From contig CBDBFX010000002.1 in assembly GCA_965205205.1 (NCBI GenBank), positions 245,637 through 309,636 of the forward strand: a stretch of 64,000 nucleotides of DNA, written 5' to 3'. This stretch comes from Arenicellales bacterium (GTDB taxonomy: Bacteria > Pseudomonadota > Gammaproteobacteria > Arenicellales > JAJDZL01). A program made the position numbers and the translations under genes. Positions 31,498-43,999 of this stretch are shown piece after piece (within the stretch, counting starts at the first letter, position 1; every line of letters begins with the position of its first letter). Under the pieces are notes generated by a model. It was not told the origin of the DNA and ran no database searches. It was given only the letters and a program-made list of their open reading frames with translations.

Positions 31498-32190
31498 CGG
31501 AAGCGTGCGGGGCGCGAGGTGCGGCTGGCGTTGCGGGCGGCGCGGGTGCGGCTGGCGCCACCGCGGCGGCCACCCGCAGGTGCGGACACGGCGCCGATTG
31601 AGATGCTGGCGGTCAGTGCGATTGAAGCGGACCCGCCGGCCGGAGAGGAGCCGCTGCACTGGCTGCTGCTGACTACCGAAGGACAGGCCGATGCCGACGG
31701 TGCCAGCACCGCCCTGCGGCACTATGAGCTGCGCTGGACCATTGAGGAGTACTTCCGCACCCTGAAGACTGGCGCCGGCATCGAGGCGCGGCAGCTGGAC
31801 CATGCCGATGACCTGCGCAAATGCCTGACGTTCGATGCCATCACCGCCTGTGAGGTGTTCAGTCTCGACCGGCTGGCGCGCGACCGCCCACAGACGCCGG
31901 CCGACGAGGTGGTGAGTGAAGATGACCTGCTGGTGCTGAACACGCGACTGGACGATTACGGCATCCGCCGGCCGCAGCCGCCGCCCGGCGATGTGCCGGA
32001 CATCCGCAGTTTCGTCGTCGATGTGGTCCGGCTGGCGGGTTTTCATCCGCGTCGCAGTCAGCCGCTGCCGGGCATCATGAAACTGTGGCAGGGCTATGTG
32101 CTGCTGCGGGAGGCGGTCTTCACCTATCGCTCGCTCAGAAGGCGAGGCATGATACCAGAATGAATAGATTCAACTGTGGGATGTTGTGAG
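31498..32190 (+). mobile_element. 3' fragment of the IS4-like element (second copy)
   Basis: Highly similar to 5851-6542, including YELRWTIEEYFRTLKTG and the right end ...GGATGTTGTGAG. Confidence 0.93.
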
Positions 32191-33180
32191 GTCGCCGACC
32201 GACCGGCGGCGCACCACCGGGGTCGAACCGACGGTGACCCTGGTCTTCGACCGCGAAGGCTGGAGTCCGGCCCTGTTCCTGCGCCTGGCCGCCCAGGGTG
32301 TCGCCTGCATCACCTGGCACAAGAACGCCAAGGGCGACGATTGGCCCACTGAGGAGTTCACCGACTGCGAGGTGCCGATCGACGGCCCGGCGAAAACCAA
32401 GTGGACCACCGTGCGTCTGGCCGAACGGCGGCTGCGACTGCGCGGCGGCCCCGAGGTGCGGCAGATCCGCCGCCTGATGGACGACGGCCGGCAGGTGCCA
32501 CTGATCACCACCCATCCGAACCGACCGATGGCCGAGATCGCCGGCGCCCTGTTCTCGCGCTGGGCGCAGGAGAACTTCTTCAAATACATGCGCGACGAGT
32601 TCAACCTGGACGCCCTGCTGGAACACGCCCTGCAGCCGGTCGACCTCGACCGGCGGGTAGTCAATCCTGAATACCGCGCCGTGCAGAAGATCATCGACCG
32701 GGTGAACAAGACCCGCGCGCGCCGGCTCGCCAAGGCGCACCCCACCGGCACGGCCGACCAGCTGACCGAGATCGCCCAGCTGGAACAGGAACTGGTCCGC
32801 CTCAAAGCCCAGCGCAGACAGCTGCGCAGTCATGTCCGCGTCGGCGACCTGCCGGTCGAACGGCAGCCCGAAGCCCTGCCGCCGGCCAAGCGGCTGTTCA
32901 TCGATCTGGTGCGCATGATCTGCTACCACGCCGAGACCCGCATGATGCCCTTGGTGGGCGGCGACAGCGCCGAGCAGCCCGCCGGCTGTTGCGCACGCTG
33001 CTGTCCGCCGATGCCAACCTCATCCCCGATCACTCGCACAGCGTGCTGCGCGTGGAACTGCTCGGCCTAGCCAATGGCGCCACCGAACGGGTGCTGCGGC
33101 CGGTGCTTGACGAACTGAACCGCACTCGCACCTGTTATCCCGGCACCGAGCTGCGAATGGTTTACGACATCGCCCGCTGA
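32191..33180 (+). pseudogene. Transposase C-terminal part, frameshifted near 32980
   Basis: VFDREGWSP and SRWAQENFFKYMR DDE-like motifs; continues in ORF 32989-33180. Confidence 0.75.
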
Positions 33181-33708
33181 CCGTCGACCCGCCGCAGGGC
33201 GGCGAGAGGCCCATCAGCCGACGGCGGCCGACACACCCGAAACCGACCCCTCAGCGGCCGCCGTTCATCCGGCGGTCGGATCGCGACGGATGTCTTGACA
33301 CCACCGATTCAGCTCCCAGCCGGCGACCCGACTTCACACCACTCCGTGGCATCGGCCATCAGCGCCGTGGCGATGGCGCCGACGCTGAAAATTCAGCTTA
33401 AGACCGCGCGGAATCCAAGTGTTGAAAATCGACGCAGATGGATGCCTCAGTCCGCTTCGCAGGTGAAAAATCGATCATAATAATTGGCTTAGGTCAGGAA
33501 GCCTGAATTTCTGAAAATTCAGCAATTTTCCGCCGATTCGCACACCCATTGACCCGCTGAGATCAAATCCGACCCTCAGGCAATCACCCAGACCCCTCGG
33601 TAGGACTAGATTACCATCCCATTTTTTGGCAACGAGCCGCCTTCAAGGCGGCGCGTCTAAGCTGTCGGTGTGCGTGAAAACCGCACTATTCCTGTCTCTG
33701 ATCCATGT

Positions 33709-34459
33709 TTAATTCGAAGTTCTGGAGCAAAAATTTGTTTTAAACACATGTAAGTCACTGTTTATAATATTAATAAATAAAAATAATGCAGAAAAATGCC
33801 TGCATTTGTAGTCACTAAAAGTTTTTCCTGAAATCCATCGTGAACCATAGTGGAAGCCATAAATAAAGTTTTTCATCCCGTTTATGTAGTCACTAACACA
33901 CGTCGTTACAAAGACCGCGTCTACACCACCCATCTGCTGCGACACTCCTATCCAGAAAATGGCCAAGTCAAAAAAATCACCGGCGGCAACCTCTACCATT
34001 TACCCGACTACACCATCGAAGTCCTCCGTCTGGCACTGCGCAGCAAACCCCTAGTGTCAGCCAACACCCTGCTGCCATTCCAGCGCACGCTCCTATACGG
34101 CCATGTGGCCGCCGTGCTGGGCACCATCCGAGCCATCGGCATTAGCCGCATGCTCGCCGCTCTGCGTAGCGTTCCTTCTGCAAGTGCCTGGCACAAAGCG
34201 ACGACGCGGCGCACGGCACACGGTCATCCGACCCATCACTTCCGCGGCCTGCTCGGACACCTGGGCACCTTGTGTCGCAACAGCGTTGCCATCAAACAGT
34301 TTCAGCAGCATTTCAGTCAGTTGACGGAATCGACTGAGCTGCCGCGTACCGCCTTTGAACTGCTTCACGTAAAAATCTAAACGTGGTCAGAAACTGAGCA
34401 CTGGATAGTCGATAATTCACCAAAATAACAAACACTTATCTTCCAGAACTTCGGTTTAA
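33709..34459 (+). mobile_element. Internally deleted IS1634-like element (ORF 33850-34380)
   Basis: IRs TTAAttCGAAGTTCTGGA and TCCAGAACTTCGgtTTAA. The ORF joins the N-terminal HLLRHSY.ENG.VKK.T..NL..LP...GHVAAVL directly to the C-terminal H.FRGLL.HL.TL.RN...AFELL, with no DDE core. Confidence 0.75.
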
Positions 34460-34544
34460 GTTGCCTATATTCGCTGGATGCCCTCACAATAATGAACTCA
34501 CAGTCTAAAAAAGAGGAATGGGACAGAGGTTCGTCTGTATTGCG

Positions 34545-34621
34545 TGGTGGGCCCGGAAGGATTCGAACCTTCGACCAATGGATTATGAGTCCACTGCTCT
34601 GACCGACTGAGCTACAGGCCC
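34545..34621 (-). tRNA. tRNA with CAU anticodon, probably tRNA-Ile2 (lysidine)
   Basis: GGGCCTGTAGCTCAG...GGACT-CAT-AATCC...GGTTCGAATCC...GGGCCCACCA. Its position after the dnaG operon matches ileX. Confidence 0.93.
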
Positions 34622-34788
34622 AAACTGGGAATATTATGTAGATATCAAGAATGCCGTTGCGTAACTTGCAAAACTGATTTCACCTTCACACCGTCACCTG
34701 ATAAACCGACTGAAAGAAGACCTCATTCACAGGACTGAAAACCGTCGGCCTGCTATATGGCTAGGAACGCGATGGTCCGGTTGGTGAC

Positions 34789-36573
34789 TTACCCTTCGTA
34801 GGCTTTTTTCTTAAGCGCATGTTCGTTTTTGAGTCTCTGAAGTGCTTCTTCATAATCAGCATCGTTAATTGCAAGATTTCGTTGTCTTGATAGCAGGTTC
34901 TTGTTTATCTGCTTCGTAATCCGTTCCTGAAGCCGCAACAATGCTCCTCTAAATTCTGAACATATATTACCATCGTCGGAGTTACTCTTCACTCTGGCAT
35001 AGTATTGAATCTGTTCAAAATAATTGGTCTCGCGAAAATTCTCAACCAATGCCGCTGTCGTCGGGTCGGGTTGCTGTCTCAAATATGCAAGTATTCTTAA
35101 TAACAGATCAATGTTGGAATCCGATAACACTTCAACATCCTCCAATTCTTCCACCTGCTTTACTAAATCTGGGTCATGCACTAAATGCGGGTTCTGCACG
35201 AGAAGAGTGATGAATTGTCCAGTTAGGGAGTGCGGGTTTACCGCTCCTGGAGTATCCCTCCCTACTCCAGGATCAGAATGTGCTGGTTTGAGTACACTTT
35301 TAATTTCAGAAACCGACAGTCCAGTACGCTTCGATAGTTCCGACAGCATCATCTGTCGTAGCATTCCCTCCTGCAGTCGATCAATCACATTACCAAATTC
35401 CGCTGCAAACTTGGCTCGTCCGTCGGTACGACTGATGTCGGATCTCTCCAACAATATTCTGAAAATAAATTCGTCGATTGGCTCACCGTGCAACATTCGT
35501 TCCCGAAACGCCTCACTGCCTTCTTCTCTAACCATCGAATCGGGGTCCTGTCCCTGGGGCAGAAAAACAAAACTTACCAGATGCCCGTCTTCCATCACGG
35601 GTAGAATCGTCGCAACCGCCCGCCAGGCTGCTCTTTTGCCTGCCTCATCCCCATCAAAACAAAAAACAACTTCGTGAATGGTACGAAAAAGACCCTTAAT
35701 GTGATACGGGGTAACCGCAGTGCCCAACGTAGCAACAACATTGCCGATTCCGGCCTGTGCCAATGCCACAACATCAGTGTACCCCTCAACGACCAGCACC
35801 CTTTGTTCCTTCTTGATCGCCGAAAGCGCTTTCTTAAAACCAAACAGCTCGTTTCCTTTTTTGAAAAGTATCGTTTCGGGAGAATTCAAGTATTTGGGTT
35901 CACCTTCACCAAGTACTCGCCCACCAAACGCAATCACCCGACCTCTGCGGTCTTCGATTGGGAACATCAGCCGTCCACGAAAGCGGTCGTAAAACCGCCC
36001 TTTGTCTTTAGCAACGATTAACCCGGCATCTTCCAGCAGTTTACGGTCCTCTTTCGTCTGGCCGAATTTTTTCAACAGAAAATCCCATTGATCCGGTGCA
36101 TAACCGAGTCCGAAATTCTGTGCCGTTTCAAATGATATCTGCCGGTCTTTAAGATACTCTCTGGCTGACGCCGTATCATGGTTCTTGAGCAACTGTCTGT
36201 GGAACTCGGAATTGACCTTCGCCATCAATTCCAGAAGTTTTGCATACTGACCGTCCTGGGGCGTTTTGGCATAGCCCCGCGGAACCTGCATACCAACACT
36301 TGCGGCGAGTTCTTCAACTGCATCTGGAAAGCGGTAGTTCCCGTATTTCATCAGAAACTGAAGCGCCGTACCACTCTCACCGCAACCGAAACAGTGATAA
36401 AACTGTTTGGCAGGACTGACATAGAACGACGGCGTTTTCTCGTTATGGAAAGGACAGCACGCCTTATATTCCCGGCCGGCCTGAGTCAGGGGTACCCGAC
36501 TGTCGATCACGCTGACGATATCAGCTCGGGATATCAACTCTTGAATGAAGTCTTGTGAAACCGGACTTGCCAC
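34789..36573 (-). CDS. dnaG: DNA primase
   Basis: CPFHNEKTPSF...CFGC Zn finger, PKYLNSPET, VEGYTD and FDGDEAG. Confidence 0.97.
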   Translation of the reverse strand: MASPVSQDFIQELISRADIVSVIDSRVPLTQAGREYKACCPFHNEKTPSFYVSPAKQFYHCFGCGESGTALQFLMKYGNYRFPDAVEELAASVGMQVPRGYAKTPQDGQYAKLLELMAKVNSEFHRQLLKNHDTASAREYLKDRQISFETAQNFGLGYAPDQWDFLLKKFGQTKEDRKLLEDAGLIVAKDKGRFYDRFRGRLMFPIEDRRGRVIAFGGRVLGEGEPKYLNSPETILFKKGNELFGFKKALSAIKKEQRVLVVEGYTDVVALAQAGIGNVVATLGTAVTPYHIKGLFRTIHEVVFCFDGDEAGKRAAWRAVATILPVMEDGHLVSFVFLPQGQDPDSMVREEGSEAFRERMLHGEPIDEFIFRILLERSDISRTDGRAKFAAEFGNVIDRLQEGMLRQMMLSELSKRTGLSVSEIKSVLKPAHSDPGVGRDTPGAVNPHSLTGQFITLLVQNPHLVHDPDLVKQVEELEDVEVLSDSNIDLLLRILAYLRQQPDPTTAALVENFRETNYFEQIQYYARVKSNSDDGNICSEFRGALLRLQERITKQINKNLLSRQRNLAINDADYEEALQRLKNEHALKKKAYEG

Positions 36574-36797
36574 AAATAAGATGTCAGAATTTTAGGGTGG
36601 TGAAACTGCAACCTGATCTCAGACCATTTTAGCAGAATCTCTGCCACCCGAAAGCAGGATGATGACTGAAAAAAGAGTTCACTACAAAATCCGTCGACCA
36701 CCCCGCACGACGGCTGTGAAATCTCAACAGTTGCTGAAAAAGAAAGATTTAGGCGAGTACTGATCAGAATTTAAATTCCACCAACAGCACTGATGAA

Positions 36798-37013
36798 TCA
36801 GTATGCCCGCTGTCGATAACCGCGCTGGCGCATCATCCGCTTTTTCTCGCGCTTGACAGCGGCCGCGGCTTTACGCTTACGTACACTTGTTGGCTTCTCG
36901 TAATATTCGCGCTTGCGAATTTCACTGAAAATACCCGCCCTCTCGCATGAGCGGCGAAATTGTCTGAGGACAACATCAAATGGTTCGTCATTGCGAACGC
37001 GAACACTTGGCAT
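36798..37013 (-). CDS. rpsU: 30S ribosomal protein S21
   Basis: [13 protein letters not shown]...[13 protein letters not shown]. Confidence 0.97.
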   Translation of the reverse strand: MPSVRVRNDEPFDVVLRQFRRSCERAGIFSEIRKREYYEKPTSVRKRKAAAAVKREKKRMMRQRGYRQRAY

Positions 37014-37214
37014 ATAAGTAGTTACCTCTCCTGTTGTTCATATCGGATCTTTTTCCGAATCTAAATTAACGTGGACGGCTAATTATACATTCGCTTGCGA
37101 TCGACAAGCTCTTTTCTAACCGTAGAAAATTCATTGGCAATGAAAGATTGATTTATCCCCTCCAGATTAGGTATGATGTTCTATAAACAATCAATAAGTG
37201 AGGATATTTTTACT

Positions 37215-37680
37215 ATGGATAAAATTGACCTTGAAATCTTGAATTGTATTCAACACGATGCCAGACTGTCCGCAGGACAGATCGCTGAAAAAGTCAATCT
37301 CAGTACCACTCCCTGTTGGCGGCGCATTCGAAGACTCGAGCAGGAGAACGTCATTCTGTCCAAGGTCGGCTTGCTGAACCGCGATAAACTCAACCTCGGA
37401 ATCGACATTTGTTGCCATTCGCACCACTCAGCACAACGCCGCCTGGCTTGAAGAGTTTGCGAAGGCCGTCATTGAGTTCCCAGAGGTTGTGGAGTTCTAT
37501 CGCATGAGCGGCCAAATCGATTATCTGATGCGGGTCGTGGTACCCAATATCAGTGAATTTGATAAGTTCTATAAACGCCTGATTTCGGCTGTAGATATCC
37601 ACGACGTCAGTTCCAGTTTTGCCATGGAACGAATCAAGTACACCACGGCCCTGCCGCTCCGATACGCGCTAGATGCATAG
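37215..37680 (+). pseudogene. Lrp/AsnC (DecR-like) regulator, frameshifted near 37408
   Basis: HTH NLSTTPCWRRIRRLE in one frame; FVAIRT...EFYRMSGQIDY...SSFAMERIKYTTALP in the next. Confidence 0.85.
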
Positions 37681-37754
37681 TGCCCGACCATTGTTGAGTA
37701 AAATTCGGGTGATGTTTCTTTTCCCTGAATCGATGCGACAGGAACCAGGCAACC

Positions 37755-39710
<1,956 letters not shown>

Positions 39711-39811
39711 ATTCGTAACTGAATTCCAGTTCCAATTCAGCAGCGGCTAGGCTGCGCGGCAGCATTCGAACGCCATGATTCGTTCAGGGTGCGAACTCAA
39801 CCCAATCGTTT

Positions 39812-40117
39812 TCAGCGCTCACCTTTGGCGGCCTGACGCGCCTGATAAGCCGCTTTCTGTTCATCGGATGCTTCCATCTGGTACTTTTCTTTCCAGTCCG
39901 CATATGGAATTCCGTAGACGATTTCGCGGGCATCCTCATAACTCATCTCAATACCCCGCTCATCGGCGGCTGCCCGATACCACTTTGAAAGGCAGTTGCG
40001 ACAGAAATCCGCCAAGTTCATCAAATCAATGTTCTGCACTTCCGTATGTGTTCGAAAGTGATCGACCAGGCGTCTGAATGTCGCCGCTTCAATCTCGATT
40101 CTGGTTTTTTCATCCAT
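39812..40117 (-). CDS. DUF1244 family protein
   Basis: VQNIDLMNLADFCRNCLSKW...YGIPYADWK. Confidence 0.88.
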   Translation of the reverse strand: MDEKTRIEIEAATFRRLVDHFRTHTEVQNIDLMNLADFCRNCLSKWYRAAADERGIEMSYEDAREIVYGIPYADWKEKYQMEASDEQKAAYQARQAAKGER

Positions 40118-40132
40118 CTCAGATATACCTCT

Positions 40133-40582
40133 TCATAAAACCTGCCGCGGGCCGGCAGTATTGTGCTCAACCCAACGGCTGTCACCCGCGACCAGCTGTT
40201 CCTTTTTCCAAAACGGCGCCCGCGACTTAAGATCCTCCACCATCGACTCACACGCTTCGAATGCGGCGGCCCGATGCTCGGACCAGACTGCGACGAGAAC
40301 AATCGACTCGCCTGGATGAATTTCACCAACGCGGTGCACCATGAGCAGGTCCGTCAGCTCATGCGTATCGCAAAGCCCGCGAGCGAGTCCAGTCAAATGC
40401 TGCTGCGTCATTTCAGGGTAGTGCTCGAGTGTCATCGAGGTTACCGCATCACCCTCGTTGAATTCTCTCATTGTCCCCACAAACATAGCCATCGCACCGA
40501 ATCGCCCGTCCGGCAGCGATGCCTGGTGTGTCGCCACCTCCTGCAGGGGGTCGAATGCCGACTCAACCACCTCAATTCGCAT
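40133..40582 (-). CDS. moaE: Molybdopterin synthase catalytic subunit
   Basis: FVGTMR, LEHYPEM, HRVG and LKSRAPFWKKE. Confidence 0.93.
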   Translation of the reverse strand: MRIEVVESAFDPLQEVATHQASLPDGRFGAMAMFVGTMREFNEGDAVTSMTLEHYPEMTQQHLTGLARGLCDTHELTDLLMVHRVGEIHPGESIVLVAVWSEHRAAAFEACESMVEDLKSRAPFWKKEQLVAGDSRWVEHNTAGPRQVL

Positions 40583-40584
40583 GG

Positions 40585-40818
40585 TCAGCCTCCTGTTACG
40601 GGTGGGAAAAAAGCAATCTCATCCCCCGCTTTCACTGGCGCATCAAACGGGGTGTACTGCTGATTGACCGCACACCTCGCGTTGCCTGGAATCGCCAATC
40701 CGGACACACAGGCATGCCAGGCGTCTTCAACGGTATGGACATCGTCACTGGCGATCATCGCCTCTCGCATCCCAACCCGTTCCGCCAGGCTGGCAAAAAA
40801 TCGAATCTTGATTGACAT
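40585..40818 (-). CDS. moaD: Molybdopterin synthase sulfur carrier
   Basis: FFASLAE...GDEIAFFPPVTGG C-terminus. Confidence 0.93.
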   Translation of the reverse strand: MSIKIRFFASLAERVGMREAMIASDDVHTVEDAWHACVSGLAIPGNARCAVNQQYTPFDAPVKAGDEIAFFPPVTGG

Positions 40819-40830
40819 GCCCGAAGTAAG

Positions 40831-41865
40831 TCAGACAGGTGCGCCAGCCGCCTCTTCATACTGCCCAATTGAAGCAAGCGCATTCACTTCCGCGCGCTGC
40901 AGTATTTTCTGATGAACATCAGCGGTCCTGCTGTCATCACCGCTCCAGGCTTTCATTGGTGCCTGCTGTAAGGCGCGGCCATAGGAAAAGGTCAGACGCC
41001 ACGGCAAATTCCCAACGAGCTGGTTCATTCTGTTCAAATGCCGCGTCGCCTGCTCATCCGATTGGCCACCGGACAAAAACGCGATGCCGGGAACCGCCGC
41101 CGGCACACAGCTCAGAAAACAGTCCACCGTCAGCTTGGCCACCTCATCGACATCGGCCTGCCGACTGCATTCCTTTCCAGACAGTACCATGTTGGGTTTC
41201 AGTACAATTCCACTCAGCGCGACGCGCTGTTCGTCCAGTTGCTGAAAAACCGTCATCAGAGTTCGGTGGGTTACCTCCAGACACCGATCAATGGTGTGGT
41301 CACCATCCATCAGCACTTCAGGTTCAACAATTGGCACCACATCCGCTTCCTGGCACAATGCCGCGTAGCGAGCCAACGCATGCGCATTGGCAACCAGACA
41401 TGCGTCGCTCGGGATCCCATCGCCGATGGTAATCACCGCCCGCCATTTTGCGAACCGAGCACCCAGCGATACATACTCCTGCAGGCGCTCGCGCAGCCCG
41501 TCTAGTCCTTCGGTTACCTTTTCTCGGCTGTGACCGGCCAATGCCTTGGCACCCGTATCGACTTTGATACCCGGAACGATGCCAGCATCATTCAGATAGG
41601 TTGCAAACGGAGTCTCGCCATTCACCCGCTGTCGAATCGTCTCGTCAAACAGAATGGCGCCACTGATGAATTGGGACAGACCTTCTGCGGTGACCAGTTT
41701 CGAGCGATAGCTCAACCGATTCGCTTCTGTTGATGCCACGCCTAGTTTTTCAAATCGAGACGTACAGGTGCCGGTGCTCTCGTCCATCGCCAGAATGCCG
41801 CGCCCGGCACTGACCATCTGATTTGCAGTCGCCTTCAGCGTTTCCAAGTTCATGTCAATGTCCAA
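40831..41865 (-). CDS. Class I fructose-bisphosphate aldolase
   Basis: GILAMDES, FAKWRAVI, PIVEPEV, Schiff-base Lys in LKPNMV, FLSGGQ and FSYGRALQ. Confidence 0.95.
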   Translation of the reverse strand: MDIDMNLETLKATANQMVSAGRGILAMDESTGTCTSRFEKLGVASTEANRLSYRSKLVTAEGLSQFISGAILFDETIRQRVNGETPFATYLNDAGIVPGIKVDTGAKALAGHSREKVTEGLDGLRERLQEYVSLGARFAKWRAVITIGDGIPSDACLVANAHALARYAALCQEADVVPIVEPEVLMDGDHTIDRCLEVTHRTLMTVFQQLDEQRVALSGIVLKPNMVLSGKECSRQADVDEVAKLTVDCFLSCVPAAVPGIAFLSGGQSDEQATRHLNRMNQLVGNLPWRLTFSYGRALQQAPMKAWSGDDSRTADVHQKILQRAEVNALASIGQYEEAAGAPV

Positions 41866-41887
41866 AGAATATGGGAATCATATAAAT

Positions 41888-42298
41888 TTAGTTCCGAGGG
41901 TAAATCTGATAAAAAATGAGACATGAAAGTGATGGAAGACATTGAGCGAATTGCGGATTTAACCCTATATCTTTTGTTATGGGGTAACCTCTTCGTTTGG
42001 TGCCCCACCATCGTCCGGATTTTTTTGGATTGTTGGGACGTCCTGCGAACCAATAGGCGATGATGGCTGCTGCTACTGGAAGAATTGTGTTAAACAGGCT
42101 GATGGCATTGGCTGTGTCCTTTTTCAAGATGAAAATAACAATCAGCACTCCACCCCCTAAAAAAAGAAAAGCTGCTGCACCGTAGGTAACTCTGACTCGC
42201 ACACGACTTTTTCGCAGTTCCTGCTCGACTTCAAGTTTCTTGATCTCTCGTTGCCATCCCTTTTCGGCGGCTTCAGGTTTCTTGTCTTCTCCAGTCAT
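41888..42298 (-). CDS. Hypothetical membrane protein (2 TM)
   Basis: Two hydrophobic helices ending in IIAYWFAGR; AT-rich. Confidence 0.6.
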   Translation of the reverse strand: MTGEDKKPEAAEKGWQREIKKLEVEQELRKSRVRVRVTYGAAAFLFLGGGVLIVIFILKKDTANAISLFNTILPVAAAIIAYWFAGRPNNPKKSGRWWGTKRRGYPITKDIGLNPQFAQCLPSLSCLIFYQIYPRN

Positions 42299-42571
42299 GC
42301 TTGACTTCCGTTCTCGTAAACATTGTCTTTACAGGTTTTATTGAATGTCACCCAAACACGAATACGTGCATTCAGTTCAACCTTATTTGGCTGGTAGATG
42401 TTTGTTTTCAGTTTCATCACGGGCGCTTCCTGTCAACTGTCTTTAACACTTCATTTGATATATTGATTTTACAGAAAATTACGGAAGATAGCAAACGCTG
42501 TCTTTGAAACCCACCCAATATAACTGCCTTATTTATTTGCGATTTTTCCAAGTTCCCTGAACCATTACACG

Positions 42572-43996
42572 CTAAGCAGTCAGAATCTTCATTGTATTGG
42601 TACCACCCTGAACGCCCGCTTCATCACCTCGGGTAACCAGCACCAGATCGCCCTTTTTTACGATTTTTCGTCTTCGCATTTCATTCAACCCCTGAAACTC
42701 GATCGGCAGATCCAATTCCTTGCTGACATCAAAATTGATGGGGTGTACGCCCCGAAAAAGCGTAACTCGTCGATGAGTCTTGGCATGAGGTGTAACCGCA
42801 TAGATTGGAATGCCGGACAGCTGCTGAGACAGCCATTTAGCCGTTGAACCCGATTCCGTAAGGGCCAGAATCGCAACCACATTATAGTGCCGGGCGGTAT
42901 ACATTGTCGCCTTCGCGACGGCTTCTTCCGTACTGCTGAACTGATCGTCGCCGCGCTCGATGCGGTCCATATCAAGATTGGTCGATTCTGAGCCGCGGCA
43001 GATCCGATCGACTGCGGCGACGACTTTGGCCGGATGTCGGCCGACTGCGGATTCCTGCGACAGCATGATGGCATCCGTACCGTCTAGGACCGCATTGGCC
43101 ACATCCAACACTTCAGCCCGAGTCGGAGTCGAACTTTCAATCATGGATGTCATCATCTGGGTGGCCGTAATCACAAAGCGATTGCGCCTGCGGGCAACCG
43201 CAATCAGCCGCTTCTGCACACCTGGCAACTGCGCATCGCCAATTTCCACCGCCAGGTCGCCGCGCGCAATCATGATGCCGTCAGACACATCGACAATCTC
43301 TTCAATATTCTCGACCGCTTCGACGCGCTCAATCTTCGAGACGATACCCCCTTCACAGCCGGTCGCCTGCAGCAGTTCGCGCGCGATATTGACATCCACC
43401 GCATTGCGTACAAAAGAAACCGCCAGATAATCGATCTCCATTTCGCCGGCAGTTCGAATATCCTGATGATCTTTGGGCGTCAGCGATTGTGCGGTCAGAC
43501 CACCACCCTTGCGATTGATCCCCTTGGAATCAGACAACAGCCCACCGATCAGCACTTCAGTCCTGACGACCGGGTCTAAAACCTCGGTTACACGCAGAAC
43601 AATCTGACCGTCGTCAACAATCAGAATGTCACCCAGTTTGACATCTTTTGGAAGATTCTTATAGGTAACACCGACCCGCTCCTGATCACCCCCATGCTCA
43701 TCCATATCCACATCAAGAATGAACGCATCGCCGGTGGCCAGCTGGATGTACTTATTCCTGAACTTGGCAATTCGAATTTTCGGACCCTGCAGGTCGGCCA
43801 GAATGCCAATGGCACGCTGCTGCTCGGCAGCATGCCTGCGAACCAGTTCGATTCGCTTTCTGTGGTCATCCGCTACGCCATGTGAAAAATTCACCCGCGC
43901 AACATCCAGCCCCTTTCTGATCAGACGGCTCATTTCGTGATCGCTGTCCGTCGAAGGACCAAGGGTCGCAACGATTTTCGTCTGCGTCAACGTCAC
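42572..43996 (-). CDS. pyk: Pyruvate kinase
   Basis: TKIVATLGP, RVNFSHG, DLQGPKIR, MIARGDL and ATQMM. Confidence 0.96.
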   Translation of the reverse strand: MTLTQTKIVATLGPSTDSDHEMSRLIRKGLDVARVNFSHGVADDHRKRIELVRRHAAEQQRAIGILADLQGPKIRIAKFRNKYIQLATGDAFILDVDMDEHGGDQERVGVTYKNLPKDVKLGDILIVDDGQIVLRVTEVLDPVVRTEVLIGGLLSDSKGINRKGGGLTAQSLTPKDHQDIRTAGEMEIDYLAVSFVRNAVDVNIARELLQATGCEGGIVSKIERVEAVENIEEIVDVSDGIMIARGDLAVEIGDAQLPGVQKRLIAVARRRNRFVITATQMMTSMIESSTPTRAEVLDVANAVLDGTDAIMLSQESAVGRHPAKVVAAVDRICRGSESTNLDMDRIERGDDQFSSTEEAVAKATMYTARHYNVVAILALTESGSTAKWLSQQLSGIPIYAVTPHAKTHRRVTLFRGVHPINFDVSKELDLPIEFQGLNEMRRRKIVKKGDLVLVTRGDEAGVQGGTNTMKILTA

Positions 43997-43999
43997 CGG

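Larger units (their letters stand above)
30842..33505 (+). mobile_element. Degenerate DDE transposon (family not assigned) carrying an IS4 fragment
   Basis: TIRs CAGACTTCCTGAC and GTCAGGAAGCCTG; 5-bp direct repeat AATTT at 30837-30841 and 33506-33510. Confidence 0.85.

Noticed and set aside
33660-33700. GTGCG-TGAAAAC-CGCAC hairpin similar to intron domain V
   Set aside because: The lower stem and catalytic triad context do not fit.
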